Positions 59,493 to 64,000 of a stretch of 64,000 bases of DNA are shown here, in pieces. A program made the position numbers and the translations under genes. How positions within the stretch are numbered: position 1 is the first letter of the stretch; every line of letters begins with the position of its first letter. Source of the stretch: Flavobacteriaceae bacterium. Its GTDB lineage: Bacteria; Bacteroidota; Bacteroidia; Flavobacteriales; Flavobacteriaceae. Location: positions 1,774 to 65,773 of the forward strand of contig JAFMCL010000008.1 in the NCBI GenBank assembly GCA_017857815.1, in the 5' to 3' direction. The notes below the pieces were generated by a model. The model worked only from the letters and a program-made list of their open reading frames with translations, was not told the DNA's origin and did no database searches.

Positions 59493-60712
59493 TGCGAAGT
59501 GCTGCTAGGCTCTTGAGTATCTTATTTTTATTGAGCAGCTTCCATGCTTTAGCACAAAAAAGCACCGCACGCCAAAAAGAATTAGAAGATCAGAAACAAC
59601 GCTTGACCAGTGAAATTAAGCAAATCAACACACTTCTATATAGAAACACCAAGAAGAAAAAGGATGTGCTTTCTGAGGTGGAGGATTTAAATTTAAAAAT
59701 AGCTGTTCGTTCTCAACTGGTCAATGTAAACAATCAACAAGCCAATTTATTGACAAGGCAAATCAGCGTCAATGAAAGAGATATTGGGAACCTCAGAAAA
59801 GAACTCACAGCCCTTAAAAAGGATTATGCTGAAATGATTCGAAAATCTTATAAAAGCAAATCTTCTCAAAATCGATTGATGTTTTTGTTTTCTTCAGAAA
59901 GCTTTTTGCAAGCCTATAAAAGGATTCAATACATGAAGCAATATGCAAGCTTTAGAAAAAAACAAGGAGATGAAATCGCTATTAAAACCACAACGCTTCA
60001 AACGTTAAACACCACCTTAATAAATCAGAAACGAAAAAAAGAGGCATTGGTTTCTGAAAACCGAAAAGTCCAACAAACACTTGAAAGAGAAAGAAAATCA
60101 CAAGAGGTATTGATTCGTTCTTTAAAGAAGAGAGCATCTTCTTTAGCGACTTCGATTAAGCAAAAACAAAAGAAAGCGGCAGCGATTGACCGAGAAATAG
60201 AAAGATTAATCCGCGAAGCAATTGCTGTCTCTAATAAGGCAGCAGGGAAAAAGTCAAACAAGACATTTGTCTTAACCCCAGAGGCGAAACTTTTGGCTAA
60301 GAACTTTACTGCTAATAAGGGCCGCTTGCCTTGGCCTGTTGAGAAGGGAGTGATCACCCAGCGATTTGGAACCCAACCTCATCCTGTAGTTAGAACGACC
60401 ATGATTAAAAGCAATGGAGTCACCATTGCTACGAGTCCCAACGCAGTTGCCAGAGCGGTTTTTGAAGGAGAAGTTATGACTGTTTTAAGCTTCAAAGGAA
60501 GCAATCCTACAGTCTTGATTAAACATGGGAATTATATTACCACCTATAAGAACATAGGGAAATTGTATGTGAAAAAGGGAGATAAGGTTAAGGCGAAACA
60601 AGCAATAGGAGAAATATTTACACATCCTCAAACCGGTAAAACAATACTTCAGTTCAGTGTTTTTAATGAATTTACACCTCAGAACCCTAAAAACTGGATT
60701 TATAAAATGTAA
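59492..60712 (+). CDS. EnvC-like murein hydrolase activator (coiled coil + degenerate M23 domain)
   Basis: Long coiled coil and F..NKG.LPWPV..G; Zn ligands replaced (SNGVTI, LQFSV). Confidence 0.85.
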   Translation: MRSAARLLSILFLLSSFHALAQKSTARQKELEDQKQRLTSEIKQINTLLYRNTKKKKDVLSEVEDLNLKIAVRSQLVNVNNQQANLLTRQISVNERDIGNLRKELTALKKDYAEMIRKSYKSKSSQNRLMFLFSSESFLQAYKRIQYMKQYASFRKKQGDEIAIKTTTLQTLNTTLINQKRKKEALVSENRKVQQTLERERKSQEVLIRSLKKRASSLATSIKQKQKKAAAIDREIERLIREAIAVSNKAAGKKSNKTFVLTPEAKLLAKNFTANKGRLPWPVEKGVITQRFGTQPHPVVRTTMIKSNGVTIATSPNAVARAVFEGEVMTVLSFKGSNPTVLIKHGNYITTYKNIGKLYVKKGDKVKAKQAIGEIFTHPQTGKTILQFSVFNEFTPQNPKNWIYKM

Positions 60713-60715
60713 AGC

Positions 60716-61705
60716 TTATTTTTCTTCCAAATACCAAGCCTCTTGCTCAAGAGCATAGATGATGTAGTCATGTAAGCTTAGTGCCTCTCTTTTAGAAGTA
60801 AATCGACCATAAGCAACTCGGAATAAACCAGAAGGATTTCTTTCAGTCAATTCGGCTTTGTATCCTTCTTTTTTAAGGTCTGCTATTTTTTTGGTGGCAT
60901 TTTCCATTGATCTGAAAGAGCCAGCAATCACACTATAGTAAGGAACGCTTAACGCATTCGCTTCTTGTTCAGCCATGGCTGCTTCAGCTTCATTTGATTC
61001 AAGTTTCAAGGAGATTTTTGATAATGATCCCAAATTAAAAGTTGCTTTTTGAACATTACTTTTAATTTTTTTCTGAGCCAACTCCATTGACTTTGCTTTT
61101 TCGTTAGTTGCGTACTCATTCCCAAAATAAAATAAAGCACTCGCTAATGCAATGGCAATGACCCCTATGGCTGCAAAACGCAAAATAGGTGAGCGGTCTT
61201 TATTTTTTTTCTCGGGAGTAAACATCAAGTCTTCTTTGTTTTCATTTTCCATAGTTGTAAAAATTTGTGGTTCTGAATGTAATTCATTTGATTCAAGGGA
61301 GTGTTTTTGGAATGGGGTTAATCCGAAGGATTCTAAATCAAAATTTATTTTTCCAAAAGGGAGAAACTCGATCTTTTTAAATGAATTAAAACGCATTTCA
61401 CCAATACCTGAAAAGGTAAGATGTTGGGTGTTAAGTCTTTGTTTCCAAACAATAACTTCTTTTTCAATCCTCCTTAATGCCTGTTCGTATGAGGAGTTTT
61501 CTTTTTGCGCAATATAATGTGCCAAAACACCATCATTACTTTTTAGAAGGCTGTTAAAGCCGATTTCTTTTCTGGGTGGAACAAATCGTCCCTCGACAGG
61601 AAGAATTGTTGCACTTACTGAATGCGAAAGAAATGCCCCAAAATTTGGAATGGTAACGCACTCGTGCTGAAAAAGCAGCTCTTGTATGTATTGTTGAATC
61701 AACAT
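60716..61705 (-). CDS. HU-CCDC81-like + TM + SPOR domain protein
   Basis: I.ELL..HECV.IP.FGAF, F.PP...I.FN..L..NDG.L, single TM, SPOR motif YSVIAGSFRS..NA. Confidence 0.85.
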   Translation of the reverse strand: MLIQQYIQELLFQHECVTIPNFGAFLSHSVSATILPVEGRFVPPRKEIGFNSLLKSNDGVLAHYIAQKENSSYEQALRRIEKEVIVWKQRLNTQHLTFSGIGEMRFNSFKKIEFLPFGKINFDLESFGLTPFQKHSLESNELHSEPQIFTTMENENKEDLMFTPEKKNKDRSPILRFAAIGVIAIALASALFYFGNEYATNEKAKSMELAQKKIKSNVQKATFNLGSLSKISLKLESNEAEAAMAEQEANALSVPYYSVIAGSFRSMENATKKIADLKKEGYKAELTERNPSGLFRVAYGRFTSKREALSLHDYIIYALEQEAWYLEEK

Positions 61706-61792
61706 ATCACAAAAGTAACAATTTTCTTCTCTTTAATTTACTACAATTTAAAAGTTAGTATATTTAATTGCACCAATATTTTATTATTTAAC

Positions 61793-62890
61793 ATGAATCG
61801 CTTAGAAGCTTGTCTTGTTTTAAGACTATTGCCAGGCTTTGGTAACATTAGGGGACGAAAACTTTTTGAATTTTGTAAAACTCCAGAAGCTGTATTTGAT
61901 GCCAATCCTACAGATTTTTTATCCATAGATGGGATTGGCGCTTCTCATTTATCACATTTTAAAAAATGGAAATCGTATCTAAAAGAAGTTGAAAAGGAAA
62001 TTGCGTTTATAGAAAAACATCAAATCCAAACCATTTTTCTGGGTGATCCTAATTATCCTAAAACACTAGAATATTGCCCTGACGCTCCCCTTGTTTTGTT
62101 TGCCAAAGGGAACTTTAGTTTAGAAAAAAGAAAAATCATTAGCATTGTCGGAACACGTAAAAATGACTTTTATGGGCAGGATTTTTGTCAGAAATTAATC
62201 AAAGATTTGGCCGTGATTGATCCCATTATTGTTTCTGGATTTGCCTATGGAATTGATATTATTGCCCACAAGCAAGCATTAAAATCAGGCCTAGATACGG
62301 TGGGTTGTTTGGCCCACGGATTTGATAAAATTTACCCGAAGGATCATAAGAAATACATTAGAGACATCGAAAAAAAAGGGGGTTTTGTTACTGATTTTAC
62401 TTCTAGCGAAGTTTTTGATCGAAACAACTTCTTAAGAAGAAACCGAATCATTGCCGGACTGGCACATGCCACAGTGGTAATACAATCTAATATTAAAGGG
62501 GGGAGCATGAATACGGCAGATTATGCACATCAGTACAATCGAGATTTATTTGCGCTTCCGGGCCTGGTTACAAATAAATTGAGTGGTGGGTGTCATCAAT
62601 TGATAAGAAATCAAAAGGCACAGATCATTACCAGCGCAAACGATCTGATGTATGCGATGGGCTGGGAATCAGAAGATGTGAAAAAGGGAGTTCAAAAACA
62701 CCTCTTTATTGAATTGGATGAGGAGGAAAAAATAATTTTTAATCACTTAAAAAATATTGCTCAAGACAATTTAGACAACATTTCTCTAAGCACTAAGTTT
62801 TCAATTAGTAAGGCGGCTACTCTTTTGATGCAATTGGAAATGAAAGGCTGTATTCGCCCTTTGCCAGGAAAGCATTTTGAATGGATTTAA
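61793..62890 (+). CDS. dprA: DNA-processing protein DprA
   Basis: YP..L....DAP..LF..G, SIVGTR, VSGFAYGIDI.AH, F..RNRIIAGL, GGSM.TA, C-terminal winged helix. ATG 61793. Confidence 0.93.
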   Translation: MNRLEACLVLRLLPGFGNIRGRKLFEFCKTPEAVFDANPTDFLSIDGIGASHLSHFKKWKSYLKEVEKEIAFIEKHQIQTIFLGDPNYPKTLEYCPDAPLVLFAKGNFSLEKRKIISIVGTRKNDFYGQDFCQKLIKDLAVIDPIIVSGFAYGIDIIAHKQALKSGLDTVGCLAHGFDKIYPKDHKKYIRDIEKKGGFVTDFTSSEVFDRNNFLRRNRIIAGLAHATVVIQSNIKGGSMNTADYAHQYNRDLFALPGLVTNKLSGGCHQLIRNQKAQIITSANDLMYAMGWESEDVKKGVQKHLFIELDEEEKIIFNHLKNIAQDNLDNISLSTKFSISKAATLLMQLEMKGCIRPLPGKHFEWI

Positions 62891-63855
62891 TACCCGAGCT
62901 TGCGTCGGACCCTATGCAGTACATCATCAGCGACTTTGCTTGCTCTTACGGCTCCTTTGGCCAAAGCAACTTCTATCTCTTCGGGATGCGCATAATAGTA
63001 ATCGAATTTTTTTCTTTCGGTTTGAAATTTGTTTAAAATCAATTCGAAAAGCTCTTGTTTTGCATAACCATATCCCATGCCCCCCGCAAGGTATTTTTGC
63101 CTCAAGGTAGTTGCCTGATCAGGACTTGCCATCAATTTATAAATTCTAAAAATCGAGCAGGTATCAGGATCTTTTGGATCCTTAAGGGGAGTACTGTCCG
63201 TTTTAATTCCCATGATTTGTTTTCTCAACTTTTTTTCTGGAAGAAAAATATTGATCGTATTGTTCTTAGACTTACTCATTTTGTTGCCATCGGTTCCAGT
63301 AACGTACTGTGTCTCTTCTTGGATTTTAGCTTTGGGTAGAACAAAAGTTTCTCCCATCAGATGGTTAAAGCGGGAAGCTACATCTCGAGTCATTTCAAGG
63401 TGTTGCAGCTGATCTTTACCAACAGGAACAAGTTCCGCATCATAGATCAAAATATCTGCAGCCATCAACATCGGGTAGGAAAACAATCCAGCGTTTACGT
63501 CCTCAAGATGTTCAGCTTTATCTTTAAAAGAATGTGCCAAAGTCAGTCTTTGATAAGGAAAAAAACAACTTAAAAACCAAGAAAGTTCGGTTACCTGACT
63601 TACATCGCTTTGTCTGTAAAAAACAGTATTCTCGGGATTTAGCCCGCAAGCCAACCACACGGCGGCAGTAGCGAACGTATTGTCTCGCAGTGACTTACCG
63701 TCTTTGATTTGAGTAATCGAATGCAGATCGGCAATAAATAAAAAAGATTCTTCTTTATTGTTTTTAGTCATTGCTATTGCTGGAAGCACAGCACCCAAGA
63801 GGTTTCCCAAGTGAGGGGTTCCTGTTGATTGAACACCGGTTAATATTCTTGCCAT
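62887..63855 (-). CDS. trpS: Tryptophan--tRNA ligase
   Basis: ILTGVQSTGTPHLGN, YPMLMAADIL, VPVGKDQ and KMSKS motifs. ATG 63855; -7 box at 63877-63884. Confidence 0.97.
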   Translation of the reverse strand: MARILTGVQSTGTPHLGNLLGAVLPAIAMTKNNKEESFLFIADLHSITQIKDGKSLRDNTFATAAVWLACGLNPENTVFYRQSDVSQVTELSWFLSCFFPYQRLTLAHSFKDKAEHLEDVNAGLFSYPMLMAADILIYDAELVPVGKDQLQHLEMTRDVASRFNHLMGETFVLPKAKIQEETQYVTGTDGNKMSKSKNNTINIFLPEKKLRKQIMGIKTDSTPLKDPKDPDTCSIFRIYKLMASPDQATTLRQKYLAGGMGYGYAKQELFELILNKFQTERKKFDYYYAHPEEIEVALAKGAVRASKVADDVLHRVRRKLGY

Positions 63856-63961
63856 GGTTGGGAAATTGATTCCCTGCAAAGATATTTTATTTCCTCGTTT
63901 GGGCAAATTTTGACTGCACTGCTTGCTTTTGGAAGGTAAAAAATAATGTATTTTTACGCCT

Positions 63962-64000
63962 GTGAGAAAACTATTATTGAAAATTTGGCGGATTTGGTTT
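63962..64000 (+). CDS. 5' fragment of a gene truncated by the window end (possibly a lysophospholipid acyltransferase)
   Basis: GTG-initiated open frame MRKLLLKIWRIWF, divergent from trpS. The product is guessed from typical flavobacterial synteny only. Confidence 0.35.
   Translation, partial: MRKLLLKIWRIWF

Overview
AT-rich, gene-dense chromosomal segment of a Flavobacteriaceae (Bacteroidota) bacterium. The assignment rests on TAnnTTTG -7 promoter boxes, no Shine-Dalgarno motifs noticed, sprE, and an atpBEFHAG operon without atpD/atpC. It is mostly core genome: rbfA, dusB, lepA, rnpA, rpiB, rnr, tRNA-Cys, folB, glnS, gltX, ybeY, mnmG, holB, pgk, tatA, purD, atp genes, dut, dprA and trpS. 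The window appears to be origin-proximal. A ~500 bp extremely AT-rich rpiB-rnr spacer has DnaA-box-like 9-mers and a trio-like unwinding tract, and two parS palindromes flank mnmG, one of them encoded in the last codons of ybeY. The most notable accessory element is at 6943-8487: a small Cys-motif membrane ORF ending in Pro-Pro-Pro, whose stop codon lies in a 12-bp stem reaching the initiation region of a Met/His-rich outer-membrane barrel gene. This is a candidate metal (Cu)-sensing translation-arrest switch. Also present are two SulP transporters with a USP, and a decayed alginate-lyase-family pseudogene. No mobile elements, CRISPR arrays or rRNA were seen. All product calls come from motif recognition, not database searches.
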